This document shows positions 9,891 to 20,056 of a stretch of 64,000 bases of DNA, in pieces; positions within the stretch are counted from its first letter, which is position 1; each line of letters starts with the position of its first letter. The stretch spans positions 32,001 to 96,000 of the forward strand of contig JAEOUA010000005.1 in assembly GCA_016839555.1 (NCBI GenBank), written 5' to 3'. Both the position numbers and the translations under genes were made by a program. The DNA is from Promethearchaeota archaeon (lineage in GTDB: Archaea; Asgardarchaeota; Lokiarchaeia; Sigyniarchaeales; SOKP01). The notes beneath the pieces were generated by a model. The model was not told the origin of the DNA, ran no database searches, and saw only the letters and a program-made list of their open reading frames with translations.

Positions 9891-10907
9891 ATGCAAGAAA
9901 AAATTACAGAAAAAACACATATACTTGATGAACAAGGGCATGTAATTCGTCCTGGCTGGTCGAATAGAGATGTATTTATTTATGAACGTGAAAAAATTGC
10001 GAAAAGCAGTTTGCGAATTAAGGAATGGGATTACTGGGAAGTTTTTAATGACCAAGCCCGTGTAATCTTTAATATCTATGATATTGGTTATCTAGGAGTT
10101 GCGGAATATTCTATTCTTGATTTTAATACCAAGGAGTCATATCATGCACAGAGTACACGGCTATTTACACGGGGATCTATTGGGTCTCCTTCTTCTTGGC
10201 AATATGATGAACCATTGGTATTTAAAAAGAAGAAGAATACCATGATATTTGACCGAAATGGAGATAACATCCTTCTTTCTGTGGATTTTCAAAAGGAAGG
10301 TATTAAGGGGGAATTTACATTATATAAAGATCCAAAAATGGATATTATGGTAAATCTTATTCCTTTTGAGGATCCGCGACAGTTCGTATATGTGGTTAAA
10401 ATAATGTGTATGCCAGCAAAAGGAGAGATCACTAAAAAAAATAAGAAATATGTATTTAATGAATCAAATAATAGCTGGGGAATATTAGACTGGACTCGTG
10501 CAGTTTTTCCCTATAAAAATCATTGGAAATGGAGTGTTTCTTCAGGAAAAGTAAATGGTGTTAACTTCGGATTTAATCTGGACTATGGTTTTGGGACGGA
10601 ATCTAGTAAAAGTATGATATTCTACGATGGCGTGGGGCATCATTTAGATGAAGTGTATTATCAGCATGATAAGAAAAATCTTAAAAAGCCACTTAAAATT
10701 ACGAGTCCTGATGATCGTGTCAATTTAGTGCTTAAGCCCAAATGCGTGGATAAACACAGTATTAATTATGGAATTTTATATATGAAAGGATTTAATACGT
10801 ATGGATATTTCACAGGGGAGGTTGTTCTTGATGATGGGACTGTTGTAGAAATAAAGGAAAAAGATAAACTCTTTGGATGGGCTGAAGAGTTCTCTCAAAA
10901 ATGGTAA
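9891..10907 (+). CDS. DUF2804 family protein (paralog of 7244-8281)
   Basis: RIKEWDYW, MPAKG, LDWTRAVFPYKNHW.W, FNLDYGFG motifs. Confidence 0.8.
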   Translation: MQEKITEKTHILDEQGHVIRPGWSNRDVFIYEREKIAKSSLRIKEWDYWEVFNDQARVIFNIYDIGYLGVAEYSILDFNTKESYHAQSTRLFTRGSIGSPSSWQYDEPLVFKKKKNTMIFDRNGDNILLSVDFQKEGIKGEFTLYKDPKMDIMVNLIPFEDPRQFVYVVKIMCMPAKGEITKKNKKYVFNESNNSWGILDWTRAVFPYKNHWKWSVSSGKVNGVNFGFNLDYGFGTESSKSMIFYDGVGHHLDEVYYQHDKKNLKKPLKITSPDDRVNLVLKPKCVDKHSINYGILYMKGFNTYGYFTGEVVLDDGTVVEIKEKDKLFGWAEEFSQKW

Positions 10908-11338
10908 TTTTTATCTTTCTGATTTTTTTTTTATTATAATCAATAGCATATTGAAATGAGTTTTTTGGGTTTCATATGATCTTATATTTTTTTATTTTTT
11001 TTTAAACACATTAATTTTCTATGTTCAATTAATGATAAATAAAACTATCTATTAAGATTCTCATCACTTAATTTTGCTTGCCTACAAATATTTTTTATTG
11101 ATCTTTTACCCGGAGTTCATTTTACATCTTAAACTGTACTCTGAAGCCTGTAGGCATTTTAAACCCGATTAACACGTAATATACGGTAAAGTAGATATTT
11201 TGGGCTCAATTCGAGAGCTGCTATCACATCGATTAGGATCGTTTATTCCGATATTAAACAATAAACTATAAATAATAATTAAACAATTTAAATAGTAATT
11301 TTTAAAAATAAAAAAATTCTCATTAATGGAATAAAAAA

Positions 11339-12799
11339 ATGAAGAAAAAAGAAAAAGAAGTATATGAACATTCAAAACCCATTATGGCAAGCTATGGATC
11401 AAGAGAGATGTTCGGGCAATTTATCACAGCCGCATTTGGATTTAATGTGCTATTTTATTATGAGTCTGTTATAGGATTAAGTTCAATATATGTCATGCTG
11501 GGTTTCATCATTTATAGCGTGTGGAATGCTGTGAATGATCCTTTGGTTGGATATATCATGGAAAGAATAAAAATGCCCTGGGAAAAAACTAAGGGATATC
11601 GTAGAATTCCATGGATATTTATTGCCGCAATACCATGGCTGTTTTCGTATTTTTTGATTTATCTGGTACCCGCAGAATGGGATCCGACTATAGATGCTTC
11701 TTACAATCTTCCAGTATTTTTATGGTATATGATCTCTATGTTAATATACGATACGTTGTTAACAATATATGATGTGAATGCCGTTTCACTTTATCCAGTG
11801 AAATTTAGAGGACTTAATGAACGTAGAACAGTTCAGGGTTTTGGAACGATATTAGGGATAGTTGGCTTGGTGCTTGCTGTAGTTTTGCCGTCATTATTTA
11901 TAGATCAAGCCATCGCATCAACTTATGTATTAGCAGCCTTGGTAAGTGTGGCGTTTGGACTCGTATTTTTTATTTTGATATTACCTGGTGTCTGGGAAAC
12001 TAAAAAAATGAGAGAGGAGAATAAAGAAAGGGTATTGGAACCAGAGAAAGCAGAAGTTGATACCTTTTTTAAAGAAACATTTAAGGCAGTTAAGGAACAT
12101 AGATTTATGATGAAAGTATTGTTCTTTTATGGGTACCAGGTGGCTGCAGTAATGATACAAAATTCTGCCCGCTATGTCATAGCATATGTAATTGGAGAAA
12201 CGGGAGAAGCAGCAGATTTTTCATTTATACTCCTTTTAGGATTTATGTTGTTAGGTGCGTTAATATCTGTTCCTTTATGGACCATCTTATCAAAACGAGT
12301 AAATAATAATAGGAAAATGAGTCTAGCTGCTGGAATCTTTATGTTTCTGACATTTCTCCCTATGATTTTCATGGATGTGATGTGGGGATGGATGATAACC
12401 CTTCTATTTTTTGGAATTGGATTAGGAGGACAATGGTTTATGGATCCTCCCACGATGGGCGATGTGCTTGATGATATTGCGGTAAGAGCTGGTAAGAGAC
12501 AACAATCAATCTATTATGGATTCCAGGCACTCTTTATAAGGCTTGGCTACGCAACAATAGTAATTACTATTACATTAGTCCATATTCTCACTGGTTTTGT
12601 TGAGGGTGCTCCAACTTACGCAGAATTAGTCCAACTAAGTCCAACTCCAGAATTAGCAATCTTTGGGATTCGAATTCACTCTGCCATTGTTCCCGCAATT
12701 ATCGTAATTATTACAGTTATTCTTTTCTGGAAATATTATGACTTAACGCCTGAGAAGGTTGCTGAAAATAAAAAAAAGCTGAAAGAAATGAATTTATAG
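11339..12799 (+). CDS. MFS transporter, glycoside-pentoside-hexuronide (GPH/MelB) family
   Basis: WNAVNDPLVG, RRIPW, DVLDD..VR.GKRQ...YYG; about 12 TM helices. Confidence 0.88.
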   Translation: MKKKEKEVYEHSKPIMASYGSREMFGQFITAAFGFNVLFYYESVIGLSSIYVMLGFIIYSVWNAVNDPLVGYIMERIKMPWEKTKGYRRIPWIFIAAIPWLFSYFLIYLVPAEWDPTIDASYNLPVFLWYMISMLIYDTLLTIYDVNAVSLYPVKFRGLNERRTVQGFGTILGIVGLVLAVVLPSLFIDQAIASTYVLAALVSVAFGLVFFILILPGVWETKKMREENKERVLEPEKAEVDTFFKETFKAVKEHRFMMKVLFFYGYQVAAVMIQNSARYVIAYVIGETGEAADFSFILLLGFMLLGALISVPLWTILSKRVNNNRKMSLAAGIFMFLTFLPMIFMDVMWGWMITLLFFGIGLGGQWFMDPPTMGDVLDDIAVRAGKRQQSIYYGFQALFIRLGYATIVITITLVHILTGFVEGAPTYAELVQLSPTPELAIFGIRIHSAIVPAIIVIITVILFWKYYDLTPEKVAENKKKLKEMNL

Positions 12800-12865
12800 A
12801 TAAAATATTAAATATCTTTATTTTTATTTTCTATTTTTTGTTGAGCTATAAGACTCTTAATTAAA

Positions 12866-13462
12866 TTATGGTTTAAACCATTCGAAGAAATAATAACTTG
12901 TTGTAGAAGGATTTGCGATCACAAACTTCTTTCTAACGGATGTGGCTAATCTACCCGCCCGAACAATGCCGACCGCACTGATGCTTGAGTCATGAGGGAG
13001 CACGTGTACGATAAACGGGGAATGTTCTAATCCTGGACCCTTTTTATACACTACAAAATCAGCTCCAAATTTTAAACCTGGACGGGGTATGTATCCTTTT
13101 TCTCTTAAATCTTTGTAAATGATATATTTCTCTTCAAATTTATCGTGAATTTGTACTGCTTGTTCATAAAATTCTTCTGCTGTTAAGTTTTTTCCTTCAG
13201 CATTAGAAATTGAGATCCTTCCCTTTTTAAGTAAATAATAAGCCTCAATGAGCGATAATTCGGAAGGTTTTGAAAAATATTCTAATTTAGGCTTGCTAAT
13301 TCCCAATGGAGCTCCGAAAAACTTTTCTTTCACATATAGATAAGAAGCATAGAGGGGATTAAATACCACTACTCTTGAATTCACAAATTTAGCAGGAATT
13401 TGTTTTGGAATATCTTTTTCATCAATCTCATCCAATACTATCTCTTTTCCTTCTTCGGTCAT
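12866..13462 (-). CDS. endA: tRNA-intron endonuclease, catalytic subunit
   Basis: LSLIEAYYL, Y.DLR.KGY..RPGLKFGADF.VY..GP..EHS, RLA.SVRK with the Tyr/His/Lys triad. Confidence 0.92.
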   Translation of the reverse strand: MTEEGKEIVLDEIDEKDIPKQIPAKFVNSRVVVFNPLYASYLYVKEKFFGAPLGISKPKLEYFSKPSELSLIEAYYLLKKGRISISNAEGKNLTAEEFYEQAVQIHDKFEEKYIIYKDLREKGYIPRPGLKFGADFVVYKKGPGLEHSPFIVHVLPHDSSISAVGIVRAGRLATSVRKKFVIANPSTTSYYFFEWFKP

Positions 13463-13810
13463 CTTTCGAGGTCTAGTTATTTGATTGTATTAATTATTTT
13501 CATTTAAATAAAATTAAACCCAATTTGGCTTTTAATTCGAGTATTATTTATTGATGCGTATTTGATAATTTATAATAAAGATATCCTTTTGAAACTTAGC
13601 TAAGGAAACACATAACTTTAAAATCTAAAAAAGACTAATTAAGAATGATTAATCAATTTATCCATAAGTTATAAATTAAACAAAATTAAGATAATTTTTA
13701 AAAAATTAATATTATTAAGTTATTTTAAAAAAATATATATACATCTAAAAATCATTAAATTAGTAGAAATATATATAAAGTATCAAGAAAAAAAATTACC
13801 GTGAAAAAGA

Positions 13811-14698
13811 ATGGTTGAAATTAGAAGAGCTATTCACGCAGGCACTTGGTATCCCCGATTTGAGCCAGATTTAATTAATACGATGGATGAGTTATTTTCT
13901 AATCAAGAATTTGGTCCAGGAGAAAAACCTTCTGTATTAAATCAAAAACGAACAATAATTGGAGGGGTTACGCCTCATGCTGGGTATGCATATTCTGGAT
14001 GTTGTGCAGCACATACGTATTTAAATCTTTTTAAAGAAACAATTCCCGATACAGTTATTATCTTGGGAACAGATCACCAAGGATATGGCAAAATAGGTTT
14101 AATGAAAGAAGGTATATGGGAAACACCGTTAGGAAATTTAAATATAGATTCTGAGTTAGCTACTCAAATCTTAAACAATTCTGATCAAATAATAGAAGAT
14201 AATTCTGCTTTTATAGGATTCCCGAATGAAAACGAACATAATATTGAAATCCAATTGCCTTTTATAAAGTATTGTTCAAAAGATAAAGAGGTGAAAATCC
14301 TTCCCATTAAGATCGCCGTTACAAAAGATTTTAAGCTTATGGATGAAATTGCTACTGATATTTCAAAATCCCTATCTCAACTTGATAAAGATATTATAAT
14401 TCTTGCATCTTCAGATATGTCTCATAAAAATGTAAATGGAGCTTCAGAATTAAAAAAATTTAAAACATATGATGAAGAAGTATTAGAAAATTTAGTAGCG
14501 ATTGACCCAAAAAAAACACTGAAAGCTTGTTTAAACACTACTGTGTGTGGACCCCAAACTATAACAACACTATTATTAACTTGCCAAAAGCTAGGTGTCG
14601 ATAAAGCAAAAGCCTTAAAATATTATACCAGCCATGATATCACTGGTAAGACGTCTGGTTATTGCGTTGGCTACTTATCGGCAATAATAATTAAATAA
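13811..14698 (+). CDS. amrB: MEMO1 family protein (AmmeMemoRadiSam protein B)
   Basis: HAGTWYP, PHAGYAYSG, WETPLG, EHNIEIQLPF, ASSDMSH, CG, VGY motifs. Confidence 0.9.
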   Translation: MVEIRRAIHAGTWYPRFEPDLINTMDELFSNQEFGPGEKPSVLNQKRTIIGGVTPHAGYAYSGCCAAHTYLNLFKETIPDTVIILGTDHQGYGKIGLMKEGIWETPLGNLNIDSELATQILNNSDQIIEDNSAFIGFPNENEHNIEIQLPFIKYCSKDKEVKILPIKIAVTKDFKLMDEIATDISKSLSQLDKDIIILASSDMSHKNVNGASELKKFKTYDEEVLENLVAIDPKKTLKACLNTTVCGPQTITTLLLTCQKLGVDKAKALKYYTSHDITGKTSGYCVGYLSAIIIK

Positions 14699-14755
14699 AT
14701 TTAATAATCATAAACAAGATATTTTTACTATAAAAATCACAAGAGGAAAACAAAT

Positions 14756-15307
14756 ATGAGTTTTTTAACCAATTATCGAAAAAAGATGGAAGAAGAAATG
14801 AAAAAACCTTCGCTTATAGAAGAAACAATAGAAAAACTTAAAAAAATTACCGAAGAAAGGGATAACCTGAAGCAAAAACTTAATGAATATGAACAAAATG
14901 TCGATGAAACTGAAAAATTAGAAAAAGAAAAGACTCAACTTAAAAAGGAAATTGAAGCTTTAAAAAATCAATTAGAGGAAAAAAATACAAATATCTTAGA
15001 TAAAATCGACCAAATTAAAGAGAAAAATGAAAAAATTGAGAAATTAACTATTAAAATTGATAAATTTGAATCTCAAATGATTACTGTAGATGAAAAAATG
15101 AAGGATTTACTTAATAAATTCGAAGAGACAAAAAGAGAAAATGAGAAATTGAAAGAAGATTTATTAAATCAAAAAATAGAGAGTGCAAAAGCTCAAGAAG
15201 GACAAGTTTCTGGCTTAATTGACACCTTACAACTCAAAATTATAAAATTAGAGAGAGAGATAAACGAAAAAAATTTAATGATTGAACAATTAAAGGCTAG
15301 TAAATGA
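14756..15307 (+). CDS. Coiled-coil protein
   Basis: E/K-rich heptad pattern over nearly the whole length; stop overlaps the next start. Confidence 0.65.
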   Translation: MSFLTNYRKKMEEEMKKPSLIEETIEKLKKITEERDNLKQKLNEYEQNVDETEKLEKEKTQLKKEIEALKNQLEEKNTNILDKIDQIKEKNEKIEKLTIKIDKFESQMITVDEKMKDLLNKFEETKRENEKLKEDLLNQKIESAKAQEGQVSGLIDTLQLKIIKLEREINEKNLMIEQLKASK

Positions 15308-16296
15308 TTAAGAAATTGCATAAACAAAACTTCACTTCTCTTTTTTTTGTGGGGCATATTGCCATTGATGAAGTTTTAAAGGAAAATAAACCTCATAAGC
15401 CTAATGAGCAATTAGGAGGCTCAGTAAGTTATTGCTCCTTATCTTTAAAAAAATATTCTGAAAAGGTAAAAATATGTATTATTTCTAATTTTAATGATTC
15501 TGCTTCTTATAATTCAATATTACAATTATTTGATCATAAAAATATTATCTTAGATGGAATAAAACATTTAGATACTAATAATACAAGATTTGTTTTAGAT
15601 TATTATAATCATTCTCGTACATTGATGTTAAAATCTCGATGTCCCGACTTAAAATTTAAAGAGATCCCAAACAAACTTTTAAATGCGAATCCAGATGCCA
15701 TTGTGCTGGTACCTTTATGTAATGAAATATCATATGAATATATTTCAAAAATGGTCCAAAACTTCCCGAATGCGTATTATGGAATAGATATTCAAGGATT
15801 TATTAGGAGTATTGATGAGAATGGACATGTTTCACTTGTTCGCAATAAGGAAAATATTACCATAATGCATCGTATAATAGAATTGTTAGGAGATCGGCTT
15901 ATTCTAAAAGGTTCTGAAGAGGAAATGAAAATTCTCTCTGGTAAGCAAGATTGGAATGAAGTTATGCATTATTTTCAACAATTTAAGGGAATTTCTATAA
16001 TGACCTTGGGGGAAAAAGGTTCAATGATCACCAAAAAAGGAGAGGGAATTTTGAAAATTCCAGCATTTAAACCAAAGCGAGTACAAGATGAAACTGGTGC
16101 GGGAGATATATATTTAGCAATCTTTCTTTATGAATTTATTAATTCTCCTAAAACTTGGCAAGCTATTGAAAAAGCAGGGCATCTTGCATCTGCTGCTGCA
16201 TCTTTTGAAATAGAAAAAAAAGGAGTTAAGGGATTTGTAGCTAAGAATAGAGTATTACAAAGAGTAAATAAAAAGAATTATCTAAATAATTATTAA
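15304..16296 (+). CDS. PfkB family carbohydrate kinase
   Basis: GHIAID, LGGSVSY, IDIQGFIR, TLGEKGS, DETGAGD signature. Confidence 0.85.
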   Translation: MIKKLHKQNFTSLFFVGHIAIDEVLKENKPHKPNEQLGGSVSYCSLSLKKYSEKVKICIISNFNDSASYNSILQLFDHKNIILDGIKHLDTNNTRFVLDYYNHSRTLMLKSRCPDLKFKEIPNKLLNANPDAIVLVPLCNEISYEYISKMVQNFPNAYYGIDIQGFIRSIDENGHVSLVRNKENITIMHRIIELLGDRLILKGSEEEMKILSGKQDWNEVMHYFQQFKGISIMTLGEKGSMITKKGEGILKIPAFKPKRVQDETGAGDIYLAIFLYEFINSPKTWQAIEKAGHLASAAASFEIEKKGVKGFVAKNRVLQRVNKKNYLNNY

Positions 16297-16328
16297 GAAA
16301 GTAATAATTAACACTCAAAAAGCTTTAT

Positions 16329-16919
16329 ATGCAAATAAATAATCACTTCGCTATTGGACTAATTCTTGCCTCAATAACTCATTATTTTTTTGATTTTACT
16401 CTTCTTGAATTTAGTATGATTTGTTTTTTTTCGTTTGTGAGCGATTTTGATGTAATTTTCACTAAATTTGCAATAGACCAGAATCATAGAAATTTATTTA
16501 CTCATTCAATAATTCCGAGTATAATAATTATTATAATTGGAGTTCTGATAAATTGGATCGCTTTAATTATAAGTGGGATTTCATATTTTATACATATACT
16601 AGTAGATACTTTTGATTGGGGAACTAATTTATTTTATTTTGGTCATCGAAATGTTGGTTTACGCTTATTAATTTCAAAAGAAGAGCAAGAAAATCTTATT
16701 TTCTATTTAGGTCAATATAAAAATCCTGCATCTTTTTTTGATTTCAAACGGTATAGAAGTAAGATTTGGCTTTCTATGAATGTTATTATCTTTTTATTAA
16801 TGATGATTTTTGTTCTTATTTATGCTCTTGAATATAGCTATTTAATTTCTTTTTATTTTATTAGTTTATTTTTCCACCTTTATAGACATTTTCATTTAAA
16901 GAAAATTGAAGCATCTTAA
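16329..16919 (+). CDS. Membrane-bound metal-dependent hydrolase (YdjM-like)
   Basis: N-terminal H, D.D, HR...THS, H...D motifs with TM helices. Confidence 0.7.
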   Translation: MQINNHFAIGLILASITHYFFDFTLLEFSMICFFSFVSDFDVIFTKFAIDQNHRNLFTHSIIPSIIIIIIGVLINWIALIISGISYFIHILVDTFDWGTNLFYFGHRNVGLRLLISKEEQENLIFYLGQYKNPASFFDFKRYRSKIWLSMNVIIFLLMMIFVLIYALEYSYLISFYFISLFFHLYRHFHLKKIEAS

Positions 16920-17014
16920 ATTAATTGAATTTATATAATCTCTATATTTAGTAAAACAATACATTGTTTTTAATTTATGATACAATGTAGACCTAATTAA
17001 CTAAGTAGTTAAAA

Positions 17015-17740
17015 TTAGAAAAGATAAGTTTTTCCAACTATTCCCATTGATGCCTTTTCTTTAAATTGTCGTTCATAAGTTTTCACATGGGTAGTACAAT
17101 GACACAAAATGATGTTTTGTAGTTTAGGATATAATTTCTCTGCTTCTTGGATAGAGAATCTAAAACCATGCAAGCCCCCTATAATAGATAAATGGGAATT
17201 TGGTGGAATGGTCAGTTTTTTTTGTTCATTTAAAAATGTAGTTAATCCAGGATGGCAACAACCAGTGATGAGGACATAAGAATCTTTTTGCTCATTTTTA
17301 AGAAAACACGCATGTTCGTCAATTCCCCCGTAATCATTAGAATAATAGGGGTTTGTAATAATTATATTATTTGAGATTTGATATAATTTTCCCCTCTGAT
17401 TTATAAATCTTTTATTTTCTTCTGGAACTTGAAATCCCATAAAGCTAACTTTTCTATCCCAATCTCTATGAATATATACAGGAATGGTTTCATTTTCTTG
17501 CAGTATTCCTGGAAGTCCATCTGTATGATCATCATGATTATGACTTAAAATTACACAATCTAAATCTTTTGGGGTATAGCCTAAGACTTTAAGATTGTAT
17601 AATAAAGGTTTCGAATTACTTCCTGTATCAAATAAAATTTTTTTGTTATCTATTTCAATAAGAGCTGAAAATCCATAAGATTTAATAAAACCTTGAGCAG
17701 ATGCATTTAAATTGTCCACTAAAATAGTAATTTTAAACAT
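17015..17740 (-). CDS. MBL-fold metallo-hydrolase
   Basis: GFS.LIE, ILFDTG, SHNHDDHTDG, TGCCHPG, IGGLH, HCT motifs. Confidence 0.85.
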   Translation of the reverse strand: MFKITILVDNLNASAQGFIKSYGFSALIEIDNKKILFDTGSNSKPLLYNLKVLGYTPKDLDCVILSHNHDDHTDGLPGILQENETIPVYIHRDWDRKVSFMGFQVPEENKRFINQRGKLYQISNNIIITNPYYSNDYGGIDEHACFLKNEQKDSYVLITGCCHPGLTTFLNEQKKLTIPPNSHLSIIGGLHGFRFSIQEAEKLYPKLQNIILCHCTTHVKTYERQFKEKASMGIVGKTYLF

Positions 17741-17765
17741 TTTTTCTCTGCTTATATGGTTTTAA

Positions 17766-18776
17766 TTAATCAGTTATTCCTTCATCAACAATACTAAATA
17801 CAGCATCGGCTTCTGGAAGATGAGGGGCATCAATAACCTTAGCTACTCTCTGTTCTCCTTTACCTTTTCTCAGATATACACGAATTGTAGCCCCGTGAGC
17901 GACGATATTACCTCCCGTTGCGCCAATTGGATTCCCATAAAATACGTTAGGATTCGCCGATACTTGATTAGTGAACACAATTGCTAATTCATCATATGTC
18001 TCACTCAATCGTAATAGATCATGAATATGATTGTTTAATATTTGTTGTCGATTTGCAAGAGTACCTCTCCCAATATATTCGCTTCTAAAATGCGTTATGA
18101 TGGAATCAACTATTATAAGTTTTATATTACTTTTTTCGATAATTTTTGGAGCTTCTCTTACTAATAATATTTGGTGATCGCTGTTATATGCTCGACCCAC
18201 AGTAATACCATTTAAAATATTATTATAATCTAAATCCTTTCCCTCTGCCATATCTATTATTCGTTCTGGTCTAAAGGTACCCTCTGAATCTATATATAAT
18301 GCATTTCCTTCAAGCCCCCCTTGTTCATAAGGCAATTGCACATTGACACATAATTGATGGGCTAATTGTGTCTTTCCCGTTCTATATTCACCGAATAACT
18401 CGGTAAGCGCTCCTGTTTCTATTCCTCCTCCTAATAATTCATCTAAATTGCTACTCCCCGTAGTTAATTTTTTCAATTCTCTCCTTTTATTCCATATCGC
18501 TTTTGCGGATTTAAAACCCATCTTCTCAACATCTTGTGCGGCTTTGATAATATTTAATGATGTCTTTTCTCCTAATCCCACTTCTTCTTGTAATTTTATT
18601 AAGGGATACAAAGCAAGAGAACGTACACTTGTGATTCCTGCGTCTAGTAATTTCTGTAAGGTAGCCTCTCCAACACCTGGTAAATCCTCAAGCTTATATT
18701 CTTTCTTTTTTTGTTCGGAATCTTTTTCTGAATTAGATTTTTTTTCAGATTCAGAATTGTCCTCAGAATTGGTCAT
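17766..18776 (-). CDS. radA: DNA repair and recombination protein RadA
   Basis: N-terminal Hh[62 protein letters not shown]. Confidence 0.96.
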   Translation of the reverse strand: MTNSEDNSESEKKSNSEKDSEQKKKEYKLEDLPGVGEATLQKLLDAGITSVRSLALYPLIKLQEEVGLGEKTSLNIIKAAQDVEKMGFKSAKAIWNKRRELKKLTTGSSNLDELLGGGIETGALTELFGEYRTGKTQLAHQLCVNVQLPYEQGGLEGNALYIDSEGTFRPERIIDMAEGKDLDYNNILNGITVGRAYNSDHQILLVREAPKIIEKSNIKLIIVDSIITHFRSEYIGRGTLANRQQILNNHIHDLLRLSETYDELAIVFTNQVSANPNVFYGNPIGATGGNIVAHGATIRVYLRKGKGEQRVAKVIDAPHLPEADAVFSIVDEGITD

Positions 18777-18877
18777 AATCTTATTTTATAATTAATAATT
18801 AGATTCTCTATTCTTATATTATAAACCAAAATATAAAAATAATAATTAAAAAAATAAATTAATCAAAAAAACGGAAA

Positions 18878-19582
18878 TTAAAGTTTTATTTGTGCCTCCT
18901 TTCCAGACTTAGTAATCATTAGCAACGCAACAAAGAATATAACAGAAATTAATAGCGTCAATACGGGCCATCCTTCTCCTATCCAAATAAAACTGAAGAG
19001 CATAATTGGCACAATGAAAATGGCAGTTATTACAACAAGAACAGGAAGCGGAAGTGCTTCGTCTTTTATGTCAAGGAGCAAGGGAACTATTATAAAAATG
19101 CCAAGAGCAGTTACTAATATTCGAAATGCTAAACCTAAGCTAGAACTCAAGGCAGGATCAAATATATCGGGTGTATAGAAGTACCAGAACTTTGCTGTAA
19201 AATTATTTCCAAGACCGAAAACTTCATAAGGCTTTAAGTAGGGAAGTACCTCGGGTAAAATTGCAGAGAGGATTATCTGTAAAACAACTGCCATAACGAA
19301 AAATGCGAATATATCATCATATTCCTTCGTTTTCCTATATACAAGTATCATATCACGGAGAATACACAAAATCCATAGAATGAAAAGGATAATATACACG
19401 TATATAATGGAATATGCTCCAAATAATTCTACCCCCCATAGATAATTAACGGGTAGAAGTGCTACTATGTATGCCAAATAGCGGTATCTCTCATTTCTCT
19501 TAAAGATATCAAAAAAGAGAAACACCCCAAATAAAATGATAAAAGTGATAAGAACAATCAGACTATTTGTATCGAGAGCCAT
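18878..19582 (-). CDS. Hypothetical polytopic membrane protein
   Basis: 234-aa ORF with about 7 hydrophobic segments, same strand and upstream of radA. Confidence 0.7.
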   Translation of the reverse strand: MALDTNSLIVLITFIILFGVFLFFDIFKRNERYRYLAYIVALLPVNYLWGVELFGAYSIIYVYIILFILWILCILRDMILVYRKTKEYDDIFAFFVMAVVLQIILSAILPEVLPYLKPYEVFGLGNNFTAKFWYFYTPDIFDPALSSSLGLAFRILVTALGIFIIVPLLLDIKDEALPLPVLVVITAIFIVPIMLFSFIWIGEGWPVLTLLISVIFFVALLMITKSGKEAQIKL

Positions 19583-19767
19583 AATAAATTCAACTTTTTA
19601 TTTTTTTAAATCATAAAAATTGGTTTTTTTTATATATAAATATTGCTTTAACCTTATTTAATTTATCATAATCCAATTTTTAAAAAATAAAATAATTATT
19701 TTCTATCCTTTAACACAATTTCAATTTTATCAATCATTTCTTTTTTTTTGTTAATATCATCTGATTC
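19572..19767. repeat. Imperfect ~200-bp direct repeat, copy 1
   Basis: Starts TCGAGAGCCATAATAAATTCAACTTTTTATTTTTTTAA and ends TAATATCATCTGATTC; colinear with 21514-21713. Confidence 0.9.
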
Positions 19768-20056
19768 GCTTATGATTAAAAAAATTGTTCAAGGTTATAG
19801 TTCTGCTTAAAATGGCTTTAAAGTAAAAAGTAAAAAATGTTTAAAATCACCATAGAAAAAAAATTATTTACTAAAAGTGCAAAAAAATAAAAAAATAAAT
19901 TATGTTGTAAAAATATATATTTTTTGAAGTTCCACTTGCCGATATTTATATTTTTGAGGTTCTAAGATGGAAAAGCTTTCAATTAAATTAGAAAGATTAT
20001 TTCATTATTGGAGCAAAGTTATTAGATATAAATATTATTAAAGAGAATACATTAAT

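Noticed and set aside
14756-15307. Coiled-coil protein as SMC, ESCRT-III or intermediate-filament homologue
   Set aside because: Only generic heptads; no Walker motifs or family-specific signature
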